Assembly: GCA_043816375.1 (NCBI GenBank)
Contig: JBDRIB010000217.1
Location: forward strand, 1-45,626
DNA: 45,626 nucleotides
Source of the DNA: Planctomycetota bacterium
GTDB lineage: Bacteria > Planctomycetota > B129-G9
Direction of reading: 5' to 3'
A program made the translations under genes and the position numbers. This document shows positions 1-9,050 of this stretch, one piece after another (the first letter of the stretch is position 1; each line of letters starts with the position of its first letter). The notes under the pieces are model-generated. The model ran no database searches, was not told the origin of the DNA, and saw only the letters and a list, made by a program, of their open reading frames with translations.

Positions 1-79
1 TTGGAAGCGTTACACTCCCAATATCGTCCAAAGGAGGTTGTTTATTTATTACAGCAGCGCTTCTCATAACAACTTACGC

Positions 80-97
80 CTTAACTTAACGGCATTG
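80..97. mobile_element. Terminal inverted repeat of an IS4-family element whose body lies left of the window
   Basis: CTTAACTTAACGGCATTG reverse-complements to CAATGCCGTTAAGTTAAG, close to the E. coli IS4 end TAATGCCGATCAGTTAAG as recalled from memory. The transposase is not in the window. Confidence 0.6.
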
Positions 98-175
98 GGT
101 CTGACCCTATTTTCGCGGAAATGATTATCCTTTGCAAAACAAAGGGTTATCTCTTTGAAAAACAGGGTCAGACCC
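97..175. repeat. Pair of GGGTCWGACCC odd palindromes (REP-like)
   Basis: gggtctgaccc at 97-107 and gggtcagaccc at 165-175, both followed by tattt. A third copy lies at 45144-45154. Confidence 0.7.
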
Positions 176-226
176 TATTTTTCTTGGTTAGCGACCCATA
201 CCCACACGGGCGGGCTGGGTCGTACC

Positions 227-1644
227 GGTCAAGTCCGTATTTTCCTGTAAAAACGTCATCGCGCAACCTCCGGTTCATTTGTCTTATGCCGCCAGTTTGT
301 TGAGGTCGGGATCTTCCCATAGGCTGTCAGGATCGACAGCGATCTGCTCCAGCCGCCTGGCTATGTAGGGCTTCATACGCACGCCGCGCCAGCCTTCCGA
401 TGCGTCCACGAGAACGGCGAAGACAAGGCTCAGGGCGCTTGTCTCCGACCTGAGACGCGGGATGACTTTGGTCCGTCTCCTGCCTTCCCCGAAAAGCCGC
501 TCCAGCAGGTTCGTCGTGCGTATCTGACGCCGATGGATGAACGGGAATTTCAGCGCGGTCAGGCATTCTTCGATATCTCTGGCCAGGCATTTCATCGCCG
601 CGGGAAACGCCTCGCGATATTCCTCGACAATTGCCCCGGCCTGTGCCAGACCCTCCTTGCAGGTGCGCGCCGTGAAGGCTTTGTGTATCAGTTTTTTCAG
701 CGTCGGTCGCGCCAGATGCGGCAGTTTGTTGAGGATGTTGCGCATCTTGTGCACCTGGCAGCGCTGCACGAGCGTGTCGGGCATCTTGCGGCGAAGCGCC
801 TTGCGCACGCCCGCATTGCCGTCAACTACCGCCAGCACCGGGGCCTTGAGCCCGCGCCGTTTCATATCCTCCAGAAACGCCTCCCAGCACGCCGCGCTTT
901 CCTTGTCACCGACGGCCAGATGCAGCAGTACCTTGCCGCCGTCCAGAAGTATCCCGTAAGCACACAGCACGGCCACGGCCCGTTTGTCTTCAGGCCGCAG
1001 CTTCAGCCAGATGCCGTCGAGAAAGAGATACATCAGTTCGAACTCGCTCATGTCGCGGTCCTGCCAACGCTCGAAGTCCGCTCGCAGCGTCCGGCAGACT
1101 TCGTTGACCACGCTGCGCCCGGTCTGCTCCACGCCAAGCGCCTCGACGAGCGCCGCCTCGATGTCGCGCTGGCTCATCCCTTTGACATACAGCATCGGCA
1201 CCAGGTCCAGCAGTCTCTTCGAACGCTTCCCGATTGCCTTGAGCCAGATCGATTCGAATGGCTCCAGACTGTCGCGGATCTGGGGAACCTGTATCTCGAT
1301 ACTGCCTTCGGCAATCTGAACCTTCCTGGGCTCGTAGCCGTTGCGCCAGCCCCGGCAAGTCGGGGCGGTCGAGCGTTCATAATGACCGCGCCCGAGAAAG
1401 TCCTCAACTTCCATCTCCAGGGTTCTCTGCAGAATCAACTGCGCGCCGCGCCGGGCCGCTTCCCCCAGCGGATCGGTGCTCGCAGACATTCCATCAAAAA
1501 CCTCTTGCTCCATACGCCTGCTTGGTGGTATTCTCTGTGCCATGGTGTAGCCTCCAATGTTTGGGGTCGCCAGACCCCGACTATGAAACGCAAAATATGG
1601 AGGTTACACCATTTTTGCTTTTACAGGAAGTATATGACATGACC
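227..1644 (-). mobile_element. IS256-family insertion sequence, about 1.42 kb
   Basis: Imperfect terminal inverted repeats flank the transposase: GGTCAAGTCCGTATTTTCCTGTAAAA from 227, and the reverse complement GGTCATGTCATATACTTCCTGTAAAA ending at 1644. No target-site duplication is visible. Confidence 0.85.
284..1543 (-). CDS. IS256-family (Mutator-type DDE) transposase
   Basis: 419 aa with motifs RNGY, LYVKGMSQRDI, YLFLDG, VVDG, QRCQVHKMRN and IRTTNLLERLFGEGRRRTKVI. Confidence 0.95.
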   Translation of the reverse strand: MAQRIPPSRRMEQEVFDGMSASTDPLGEAARRGAQLILQRTLEMEVEDFLGRGHYERSTAPTCRGWRNGYEPRKVQIAEGSIEIQVPQIRDSLEPFESIWLKAIGKRSKRLLDLVPMLYVKGMSQRDIEAALVEALGVEQTGRSVVNEVCRTLRADFERWQDRDMSEFELMYLFLDGIWLKLRPEDKRAVAVLCAYGILLDGGKVLLHLAVGDKESAACWEAFLEDMKRRGLKAPVLAVVDGNAGVRKALRRKMPDTLVQRCQVHKMRNILNKLPHLARPTLKKLIHKAFTARTCKEGLAQAGAIVEEYREAFPAAMKCLARDIEECLTALKFPFIHRRQIRTTNLLERLFGEGRRRTKVIPRLRSETSALSLVFAVLVDASEGWRGVRMKPYIARRLEQIAVDPDSLWEDPDLNKLAA

Positions 1645-1668
1645 TTGTTCGCCCGGGTCCCCTCTTGC

Positions 1669-2193
1669 CTACGCTTTTTTTCCGACACGGCATTTACTGA
1701 TGCGGCTCCGGCAGTCTTTTCGAACGCGGCCGTACTTGCAGTAATACCGGAAGCCTTCCATCATACCCTCGTCACCAAGGGGGCATTCGTCCAGAAACTT
1801 CAGAAAGCGGACGAGTCTTTCTATCAATTCGGGTCCGGCCGCGTGCTCTACACGGCAGGCGTTCTCATCGGCCAGTTTCGGCGAAATTCCAAGAACCTTG
1901 ACAAAAAAACTGGTCAGGGCCTTGTGACGCATTGTTATTTCGCCTGCTATCGCCTTGCCCTTCCCGGTAAGCGTCACGAAACTGTATGGGTCGTGGTTTA
2001 CCAGTCCTTTGAGGGCGAGGCCCTTCATTGCGCCGGTTACCGAAGACATATTCACGCCCAGCACGCGCGCAATGTCCTTGGTGCGCGCGACACGCCGGCT
2101 CTGTTCCAGTTTCAGTATCGCCTCGAGATAATCCTCAAGGCTGCTGCTCAGTTTTTTCTTCGCCGGTGTCCTGGTCATTATTCTCTCCGGCAC
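1669..2193 (-). CDS. DtxR/MntR-family metal-dependent transcriptional regulator with a Cys-rich tail and no FeoA domain
   Basis: LSSSLEDYLEAI...ARTKDIA...SVTGAMKGL HTH, LTGKG, RHKAL..FF, ACRVEH metal site. The start may be GTG 2193 or ATG 2178. Confidence 0.9.
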   Translation of the reverse strand: MPERIMTRTPAKKKLSSSLEDYLEAILKLEQSRRVARTKDIARVLGVNMSSVTGAMKGLALKGLVNHDPYSFVTLTGKGKAIAGEITMRHKALTSFFVKVLGISPKLADENACRVEHAAGPELIERLVRFLKFLDECPLGDEGMMEGFRYYCKYGRVRKDCRSRISKCRVGKKA

Positions 2194-2205
2194 ATCACGA
2201 AAAAC

Positions 2206-2248
2206 TTAGGCTCTCCTAACATTATACGTATAGCCGAAGAATTGTAAA
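2206..2248 (-). promoter_or_regulatory. Promoter and putative autoregulatory operator of the DtxR-family gene
   Basis: Minus strand TTTACA (2248-2243)-N16-TATAAT (2226-2221), followed immediately by the palindrome TTAGG-N4-CCTAA (2206-2219), which resembles the DtxR box core. Confidence 0.65.
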
Positions 2249-2302
2249 GGGGTTTTTTGAAAAAAAGGGCATAAATCTGCATTTCTTGCCAAAAGAGGTA
2301 GT

Positions 2303-2480
2303 CGGCTCGGGCGGGCAAGCCCCCGTACGGGGGGCGCCGCGGACTGTCCCCGGAGCATCCCAGGACCGGTTCTTTTCTACGAATCGCGCTCTCGCCTTGC
2401 AAAAGGATGACAGTCACCTTTTGCGCCGTAATTGGTGACAGTCACCTTTCGGGGTCACCTTTCGGAGTCACCTTTTGCGG
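2303..2480. repeat. Modular REP-like repeat cluster
   Basis: GATGACAGTCACC at 2406, GGTGACAGTCACC at 2434 and further gtcaccttt half-sites. Block 2341-2418 matches 33946-34009. Confidence 0.8.
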
Positions 2481-2499
2481 TTGCACTTCGCAACCTCCG

Positions 2500-4218
2500 T
2501 CAAGGTGTTCGGATGTCTTTTACGTTCAATTCAACGCGGCCGGAGTAGGAACTGATGCGTGGCCGGAAGACCAGCGAGACAGGCGTGCCGTGTTCGGAGA
2601 TGGATTCCAGAATGTGAGCAAAGTTAAAGGCAACTGCGCGTATGACGGTATCTCCGCTCTGAACCCGGAACGAGAGGTGTTTCCCGGTCGAGCCAATAAG
2701 TTGGGGGCATCCCGCCGTCGTAACATTTTCGACGGCAAAGAGGGGTTCGGGATTGCCCCTTCCGTACGGCGCCAGAAGCGCGATTTCCTCCATCAATTGA
2801 AAAGAGAGGTCGTCAAGTGAGACTTTTGCATCGATGTGGAGTTTCGGCTTCAGGTCATCGGCGGTGAGTTTCCTCTCGGCGTCCTGCAGCAGAAGAAGGT
2901 GAAAACTCTCTATTTCGTCTTTAAGAATTTCCAGTCCCGCGGCCGCCGAGTGCCCGCCGTACGAGAGAAGTTTCTCCTCGCACGCGGCGAAGGCGTCGTA
3001 GATGTGATAGGCCGGTATGGAGCGGGCGGAGCCGCGGCCGGCGTCGCCGTTCAGCGCTATCAGAACGGCGGGACAATGGAATTCCTCGACAAGACGCGAC
3101 GCAACGATGCCGATAACACCGGGGTGCCACGATTCGTCTGAAAGAACAATGACTTTCGGCTGCTCGCCGGCTGAGACATTTCGAAGTTTCTCGACGGCGC
3201 TGCGGTAAATTTCGCCTTCGACCTTCTGTCTGTTCCGGTTTTCCCTGTCGAGCGCCCGGGCCAGTTCTCGCGCCTCGTCGGTCGAATCGGTGGTGAGCAG
3301 CCGGACGGAGATTCCGGCGTCGGCGATCCTTCCCGCAGCGTTGATACGAGGGGCGAGGTGATATGCGATGTGCCACGTTTTCAAATCGGCGGGGTCTATG
3401 GAACAGACATTGAAGAGTTCGCACAGGCCGGGCAGCCTTGACTGCGCAAGCGCTTTCATCCCCAGACAGACAAACGCTCGATTTTCGGCGCGCAGTGGAA
3501 CAACATCGGCGACGCTGCCCAGCGCAACCATGCCGAGCGCCTCGGAGAGGAAAGCCACAAATTCAGGCGTAGTTTTCATTCCCCGCGAGATACGTTGTGT
3601 AAGAGCCTCGACCAGTTTGAAAGTGACTCCGACGGCGGCCAGTTCCCTGTATGGATAGCTGCACCCATCGATTTTCGGGTTAAGAACGGCACAGGCGGGC
3701 GGCAGCGGGCCCTGATATTCGTGGTGGTCCACAACTATCACATCCATCCCGAGTTCATTTGCCAGTTCGATTTCCTTGCGGTCGTTTATGCCGCAATCCA
3801 CCGTGATTAACAGGCGCGTGCCGCGCCCGGCAACAGTTCTGACGGCGTCGGCGTTCAGACCGTAACCCTCGCTGCTGCGGTCCGGAACGTAGAAGTCAAC
3901 CTGATAATGGAACATCCTGAAAAACCTGATGAGCATGGCGATGGAGCACACGCCGTCCACGTCGTAGTCGCCGAAGACAAGTATCTTTTCCTGATCGCGC
4001 ATCGCCCGGTTTATGCGTTCCACCGTCTTCTGCATATCGCGGAAAGCGAAGGGGGAATTAAGGTCGTCCATCGAGGGATGAATGAATGCGCGCGCTTCGT
4101 CGCAGGTGATATTACGGTTGACCAGCAGTCTCGCTACGAGCGGGTGCAGACCGAGGGCGTCGGCGATTCGCGCTGAATCGTGAGAGGAGGGTTCGGCAAA
4201 AATCCACTGAGTTTCCAT
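2500..4218 (-). CDS. recJ: Single-stranded-DNA-specific exonuclease RecJ
   Basis: DHH motifs GDYDVDG, ITVDCG, VDHH, ADVVPL, PRINAAGR, GSARS, GGHSAAAG, PYGRGNPEP. Confidence 0.97.
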   Translation of the reverse strand: METQWIFAEPSSHDSARIADALGLHPLVARLLVNRNITCDEARAFIHPSMDDLNSPFAFRDMQKTVERINRAMRDQEKILVFGDYDVDGVCSIAMLIRFFRMFHYQVDFYVPDRSSEGYGLNADAVRTVAGRGTRLLITVDCGINDRKEIELANELGMDVIVVDHHEYQGPLPPACAVLNPKIDGCSYPYRELAAVGVTFKLVEALTQRISRGMKTTPEFVAFLSEALGMVALGSVADVVPLRAENRAFVCLGMKALAQSRLPGLCELFNVCSIDPADLKTWHIAYHLAPRINAAGRIADAGISVRLLTTDSTDEARELARALDRENRNRQKVEGEIYRSAVEKLRNVSAGEQPKVIVLSDESWHPGVIGIVASRLVEEFHCPAVLIALNGDAGRGSARSIPAYHIYDAFAACEEKLLSYGGHSAAAGLEILKDEIESFHLLLLQDAERKLTADDLKPKLHIDAKVSLDDLSFQLMEEIALLAPYGRGNPEPLFAVENVTTAGCPQLIGSTGKHLSFRVQSGDTVIRAVAFNFAHILESISEHGTPVSLVFRPRISSYSGRVELNVKDIRTP

Positions 4219-4364
4219 CTCTGATCACGACTAACAATAAGGGAAGCACACCCGTAAATCTCTGTCGGTGGTGCCGGGCAAGCGTCGCGGACAGATAACC
4301 GCACAGAAGCGCATACAAAGGCGGCAGCCATCCCTGCACCGTTAATTCGCCGGGCGGTTCCTGC

Positions 4365-6077
4365 CTATTCGAGATGGCCCTGTGCCTCGTACAACATTCG
4401 GAGGGCTTCCGCCTGGAGCCGCTTGTCGAACGAGAACATATCCACCACCTTATCCCAGTATAACGCAGCCTCGTTCCACTTTTCAAGTTCGCTGTATGAT
4501 TTTGCCGCGAACCAGTAGGGGTAGCGGAAGTCGGGGGCGATTTTAGTCGCGCGCAGGCAGTAATCGATGGCCGTATTGTAGTCCTCTTTGGCAAAGGCGG
4601 TGCGTCCGGAGTTGTAGAGGTAGAGTCTGTTGTCCGGCTCGCACTCGGCGGCCTTCTCGAACAGTTCCAGCGCCCTGGAGTAGTCCTGTTCGTCGAAATA
4701 AACCTTGCCGAGGTCGTTGTAGGCGGCCGCGTATTTATCGTCGAATTCAATGGCCTTGCCGAAACGGTGTTTCGCCGCCATTGACCTGGCCTTTATCTCG
4801 GAGCCGCTCAACGCTTCCGTTTTCGTTGTCACTTTGCCGAGATAATAGTAGGCACCCGCGTGATTATATTTTAACTCTACGAGTTCGGCGAGTGTCTCTT
4901 CGGCCTCCTGATAACGCGCCAGGTAATAATACGCCCTGCCAAGGGCGAAAAGCGCTTCGATGTCCTGCGGATTTTTTTGGAGGTAATCCACCAGCCACAT
5001 ACGGGCAACCTCGTATTTGCCCTTCTCGAACGCGGCGATGCCGCGAGTCAGATATTCGCCGCCACCGCCCGCGCCCGTCATTTCTTCCGGCGCCGCATCG
5101 TCTTTTTCCTCCGGCACAGCAACAGGGACAGCGGACCGGACGCTCTCAGTTGAAGAATCAGCCGCCGCGTCCCGGTCTCCGGGAACCTCGACACTGACTT
5201 CAATAGTAACTCCTTCCGCGACCTTCCGTCCCCTGTCCGGATACTTCGTTGACACCTCGCGCCCAGGCTCCGGGTCAACGCGAGGGGGAACCCGGCTCGC
5301 GGCGACCGGTCCCGACTGCTTCGCAAGTTTTTCAGCCGGCGCAGGCACCGTCCCGGTCGGCGAGGGCTCCGGCTCGAACTCCGCAAATGCGGGGATTTCA
5401 ATAACGAGTTGCGGAGGAGGCGACGCAGTGTTGATTGTGAAAGGAATGTCGGACTGCGCGGTCAAATGGCTTATGCCGTCATCGGCGACTATGCGAATCT
5501 TGCAGTTCTTGCTGTTGATGCCGGGGATTATCCATTCATACGCTTCGTCCGCCGGGTCGCCGCGCCAGAGGCTTCGCCATCCATTACCGTCGTAGAACTC
5601 GACGAATACCTCGGCACCCGCCGCATTCAGGCCGAACGCATGCCATCTTATCGGATGCGTCTCTCCGCCGCGGTATCCGCTGCCTTCGTTGAAGGAAAGC
5701 AATTTGAGTAAAGGCGTTCCCGGCGTTATGCCTGTCTCGTCGGGGGCGAATGCGGCCTCGATCTCTGCAAGGGGAATTTCAAACGGCTCCCCCGGCGTCA
5801 CAGATTCAAAATCTTCCGGCCGCAGGGCGAGCAAATCTCCGAAGGGAATTCTCAACGGGTCTTCCGGCCAGCGGTAGGTACTCAATGCGGACAGGCCGGG
5901 TTTGACACCTGCCTCGTCCCGACCGTCGCAGGGCGTGGAGATTGATTCGCCCGAGGGCGGCAGGCTTTTCTCCCCGGCGGAATCGGTCGGCTCGGTGAGA
6001 GTCCCGTCCTGGTCAGGCGAAATCGAGCAACCGGCGAGAATCACGAGCGTCGCCAATAGCAGCGAGATAAACTTCAT
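4365..6077 (-). CDS. Lipoprotein with an Ig-like segment, an acidic Pro-rich linker and C-terminal TPR repeats
   Basis: Start re-assigned to MKFISLL (ATG 6077, AGGGG RBS). Lipobox LAGC and multiple TPRs (AYNDLGKVYF, YLYNSGRTAF). Confidence 0.75.
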   Translation of the reverse strand: MKFISLLLATLVILAGCSISPDQDGTLTEPTDSAGEKSLPPSGESISTPCDGRDEAGVKPGLSALSTYRWPEDPLRIPFGDLLALRPEDFESVTPGEPFEIPLAEIEAAFAPDETGITPGTPLLKLLSFNEGSGYRGGETHPIRWHAFGLNAAGAEVFVEFYDGNGWRSLWRGDPADEAYEWIIPGINSKNCKIRIVADDGISHLTAQSDIPFTINTASPPPQLVIEIPAFAEFEPEPSPTGTVPAPAEKLAKQSGPVAASRVPPRVDPEPGREVSTKYPDRGRKVAEGVTIEVSVEVPGDRDAAADSSTESVRSAVPVAVPEEKDDAAPEEMTGAGGGGEYLTRGIAAFEKGKYEVARMWLVDYLQKNPQDIEALFALGRAYYYLARYQEAEETLAELVELKYNHAGAYYYLGKVTTKTEALSGSEIKARSMAAKHRFGKAIEFDDKYAAAYNDLGKVYFDEQDYSRALELFEKAAECEPDNRLYLYNSGRTAFAKEDYNTAIDYCLRATKIAPDFRYPYWFAAKSYSELEKWNEAALYWDKVVDMFSFDKRLQAEALRMLYEAQGHLE

Positions 6078-6150
6078 TGCGTTTCCCCTAAAAAGCAACA
6101 GGCCCGCCGGCCGTCGGCCGAAGGGCCCGAAAGACAGCGCATCGACCCGG

Positions 6151-6948
6151 CTAGGTGTCCTCTGCGGCCAAACTGAAGGTCCGCCGGACGTAATTGACGG
6201 CGTTGTCGAAGAAGGCACACCCGTCGCCCCTTTCCTTCGCGCCTTCGCGCGTCCAGCGCGGATGGTTTTCGGGGCGGATATGCCGCTCCGGGTGCGGCAT
6301 CATCGCGAGGATGCGGCCGGTGGGGTCGCATATCGCGGCGATGCCGTCAACCGAGCCGTTCGGATTGTACGGATAACTTGCGGGATGGCCGTGTTCATCG
6401 ACGTACCGCAAGACTATCTGGTCATTTTCGCTGAGACGGCGGAAGGTTTCTTCGCTGTCGACGAGGAATTTTCCCTCCGCGTGAGCGACGGGAAGGTATA
6501 TAGTCCCGCTTCCACTAATAAATTCGGATTTCCCGGAGCAAATCTTTAGATAGACCCAGCGGTCTTCGTATCTGTTGGAGTCGTTTGCGCCGAGCGTCAC
6601 CGTCTGGGCGGCGACGCCGTTGAATCCCGGCAGCAGGCCCGATTTTACGAGGACCTGGCAGCCGTTGCAGATTCCGATGACCAGTTTGCCCTCCTCGACA
6701 AATGCGCGGATGTCGTCGAGCAGGTGGGCGCGTATCTGGTTGGCGAGAATTCTGCCCGCGGCGACGTCGTCGCCGTATGAGAATCCGCCCGGGAGAACGA
6801 GGATATGGTAGTCGTGGAGCGTTTTTTTGTTTTCCAGCAGGCGGTTGATATGCACACGCTCTGCTTTTGCGCCGAACAACTCGAAGGCATACTCCGTTTC
6901 GCAGTCGCAGTTTATTCCTGCCGCCCGCAGGACCAAAGCCCTGACCAT
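6151..6948 (-). CDS. purQ: Phosphoribosylformylglycinamidine synthase I (glutaminase subunit)
   Basis: GINCDCET, PGGFSYGD, GICNGCQ, PVAHAEG, YPYNPNGS, MMPHPER. Start taken at MVRALV. Confidence 0.95.
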   Translation of the reverse strand: MVRALVLRAAGINCDCETEYAFELFGAKAERVHINRLLENKKTLHDYHILVLPGGFSYGDDVAAGRILANQIRAHLLDDIRAFVEEGKLVIGICNGCQVLVKSGLLPGFNGVAAQTVTLGANDSNRYEDRWVYLKICSGKSEFISGSGTIYLPVAHAEGKFLVDSEETFRRLSENDQIVLRYVDEHGHPASYPYNPNGSVDGIAAICDPTGRILAMMPHPERHIRPENHPRWTREGAKERGDGCAFFDNAVNYVRRTFSLAAEDT

Positions 6949-7026
6949 CGCGCGTTCTCCGAAAAGCGGGAAATTATTAACTGTCTCTGACACCGGCTCA
7001 ATGCCGGCCGGTGCCTTTCCGCAGAT

Positions 7027-8733
7027 TCAATCTATCACCCTGACCTTTTCAATGAAGTCGAGCGATTTCATTATCGCGTCGAAGTCCTGGCCGGTCTTTT
7101 CCCAATTTTCTTTGTCAACCATCATTGTAAGAAAAATTAATTCTTCGCCTTTGATAATCGCAACGCTTTTCATTTTCATCTTCTTGCCGCCGCGCGCTGT
7201 TTCCGCTTCAGCCCAGGCGACGTCATATTTTCCCACCTTCATGGTACCGCTCTTCGTTACCCCCGGTGCCCTTTTCAACAGGCCAAGAATCGCCTCAATT
7301 TTCATTCCGGGCATACCCGGTCTCACCTGTGCAAGCACGAGAGCATTCTGCCACAAATGTCTCATAAAAAAGACTGAACCGTCACCCTTCTTCGAATCAT
7401 AGGGGACGACAAGCCAGCCTGCGTGAGGCATTTTCAACCGAAGACCGGTGTGTTTGTCGGTAAACAGAAATCTGCTCTCATCGAACTCCGGTTTCTTGAA
7501 TGATATGGAATCCACACAGGCCGTCATTTCCTTCTTTAGATTCTCGTAGGTATCAGCCAGCGCCACGGCCAGGATGAATACCACCCTGTCGTCGAGAACA
7601 AAGATGTGATACTCGCCCGAATACGCGTCAACGCCCTGCCGGAAGGCGAAATCGCCGCGCAGGCATTTCTGTTCGCCGGCATCGACTACCTTGCCGTCGC
7701 CGAACAGGCAAACAGGTCCCGCCATCTCGCTGTAATACTCCTTAATTCTTTTGAAGGCGTCGTCAAGCGATATGCCTTTGGGCGTTTCGTAAAAGGTCCT
7801 TACCATAATGTGGCTGCTTCTGAGATAATCGATAATTTCCAGGGAGTAGTTTTCCAAATTAGGGGCGAAGAAATAACATTTGTCCGGCCGCTTAATCTCG
7901 ATGCCCAGCGATTTTTCAAAAAATGCATCACCTTTTATGGAGTCGGGCGCCTTGTATCCCTCCATTTCAGCCGTGAAATCCTTCACCTTTTTTTTGTCCG
8001 TCAGTATTGAAGCGTACTGGCCGTCCCTGCCGGTGATTCTGTCGATTCGGGATTCCGAATCGTACCAGATTGTGCCTTCCAGCCCGTCAACCAGTCTGAA
8101 GGTTCTGGCGTTTTCGCCCTCACCTTCGGTTTTTTTCTCAATGACGGAGTATTCAACCGTCCTCAGGTCCAGCAAATCAAAGTCGATGATGTCGATTACC
8201 GCTCTTATCTTTTCTTCAAGATATTTCGCGCGATACATTAACAGTCCGCAGTTCTCAAAGCACAATGCGTTCGCGCTCAACAAATCCCTTTCTTCAAAGG
8301 ATGTCTTCCCGTTCGCGGTGATGCTCACTTTAAGGTTCCACGCCGCATTTTTCTTCTCGACTTTCGCGTCCCTCGACAGTTTCAAGCCCGGCGCGCGCAT
8401 TTTTCTCTCGTAATACATCGGCGTCCATCCGTCGCGAGAAACTATCATAGAAATGCTGTCCTCGCTTTTGAGGGTTTTCCCGGCGCTCTTCATCTTATAC
8501 GTGCTGTCAACCTCAATAAGCAGGCACTCTTCTCCTTCGCATTTGACTTCCACGATTTTCTCGTGAGTGTAGCCGATTTTCCTGCCCTCCGCGAACTCGT
8601 GGTACCAGTTGTCATCGACAACCTTGCCTTTAGTTACCGTCGGGAAGGTAATTTTTTCGGCCGCGAAGGCGGATGTCGCGAACAGGGCAACCAAAAGGGC
8701 GGCAATCACGGTTCCAATTGCACGGGTTTTCAT
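7027..8733 (-). CDS. Secreted hypothetical protein; N-terminal beta-rich domain plus two PsbP-like domains (tentative)
   Basis: 568 aa with a signal peptide ending SAFA. Colinear paralogue of 9038-10754. Confidence 0.7.
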   Translation of the reverse strand: MKTRAIGTVIAALLVALFATSAFAAEKITFPTVTKGKVVDDNWYHEFAEGRKIGYTHEKIVEVKCEGEECLLIEVDSTYKMKSAGKTLKSEDSISMIVSRDGWTPMYYERKMRAPGLKLSRDAKVEKKNAAWNLKVSITANGKTSFEERDLLSANALCFENCGLLMYRAKYLEEKIRAVIDIIDFDLLDLRTVEYSVIEKKTEGEGENARTFRLVDGLEGTIWYDSESRIDRITGRDGQYASILTDKKKVKDFTAEMEGYKAPDSIKGDAFFEKSLGIEIKRPDKCYFFAPNLENYSLEIIDYLRSSHIMVRTFYETPKGISLDDAFKRIKEYYSEMAGPVCLFGDGKVVDAGEQKCLRGDFAFRQGVDAYSGEYHIFVLDDRVVFILAVALADTYENLKKEMTACVDSISFKKPEFDESRFLFTDKHTGLRLKMPHAGWLVVPYDSKKGDGSVFFMRHLWQNALVLAQVRPGMPGMKIEAILGLLKRAPGVTKSGTMKVGKYDVAWAEAETARGGKKMKMKSVAIIKGEELIFLTMMVDKENWEKTGQDFDAIMKSLDFIEKVRVID

Positions 8734-8860
8734 AACTTCGGCCTCCAGTTGTTGATTGTTTTGCCGGTAAAGGCGACTCCGCCTTACTTCGCAGGCAATC
8801 CGCCTGGGGCGGACAAGCAGGCGACGGGCAACAGGAGCCCGGCGGCTCCGCCACCCCTAC

Positions 8861-9050
8861 GGGTGGCCTGTAGGGGCCACAAACCGTCGGCGGACAAGCC
8901 CGCCAAACATATAGGCGGATAATGTTACTAATTACGGAATCGCCCCCGAATTTGTTGGGGGGATTCGCAGATTACTCAAGTTGGCTGACTTTGCGCCAAC
9001 ATCTGTGACAACGCCACAAGCCGTTGGCGGATAAATGTCATTCCTTCGCA
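8861..9050. repeat. Modular intergenic repeat cluster
   Basis: gggtggcctgtaggggccaca is the reverse complement of a block near 11015. The aattacggaatcg...gattcgcagatt and actcaagttggctgactttgcgcca blocks match the 16058-16158 cluster. ggcggataaatgtcat matches the reverse complement of 26343-26367. Confidence 0.75.

Noticed and set aside
125-150. Inverted repeat cctttg-N5-caaagg as a tyrosine-recombinase site
   Set aside because: Single short instance with no recombinase nearby, so it cannot be supported.
533-1642. Long antisense ORFs opposite real genes (also 12508-13737, 34360-35481, 37490-38602, 38972-40828)
   Set aside because: Shadow frames of GC-rich, codon-biased genes, with no motifs or RBS.
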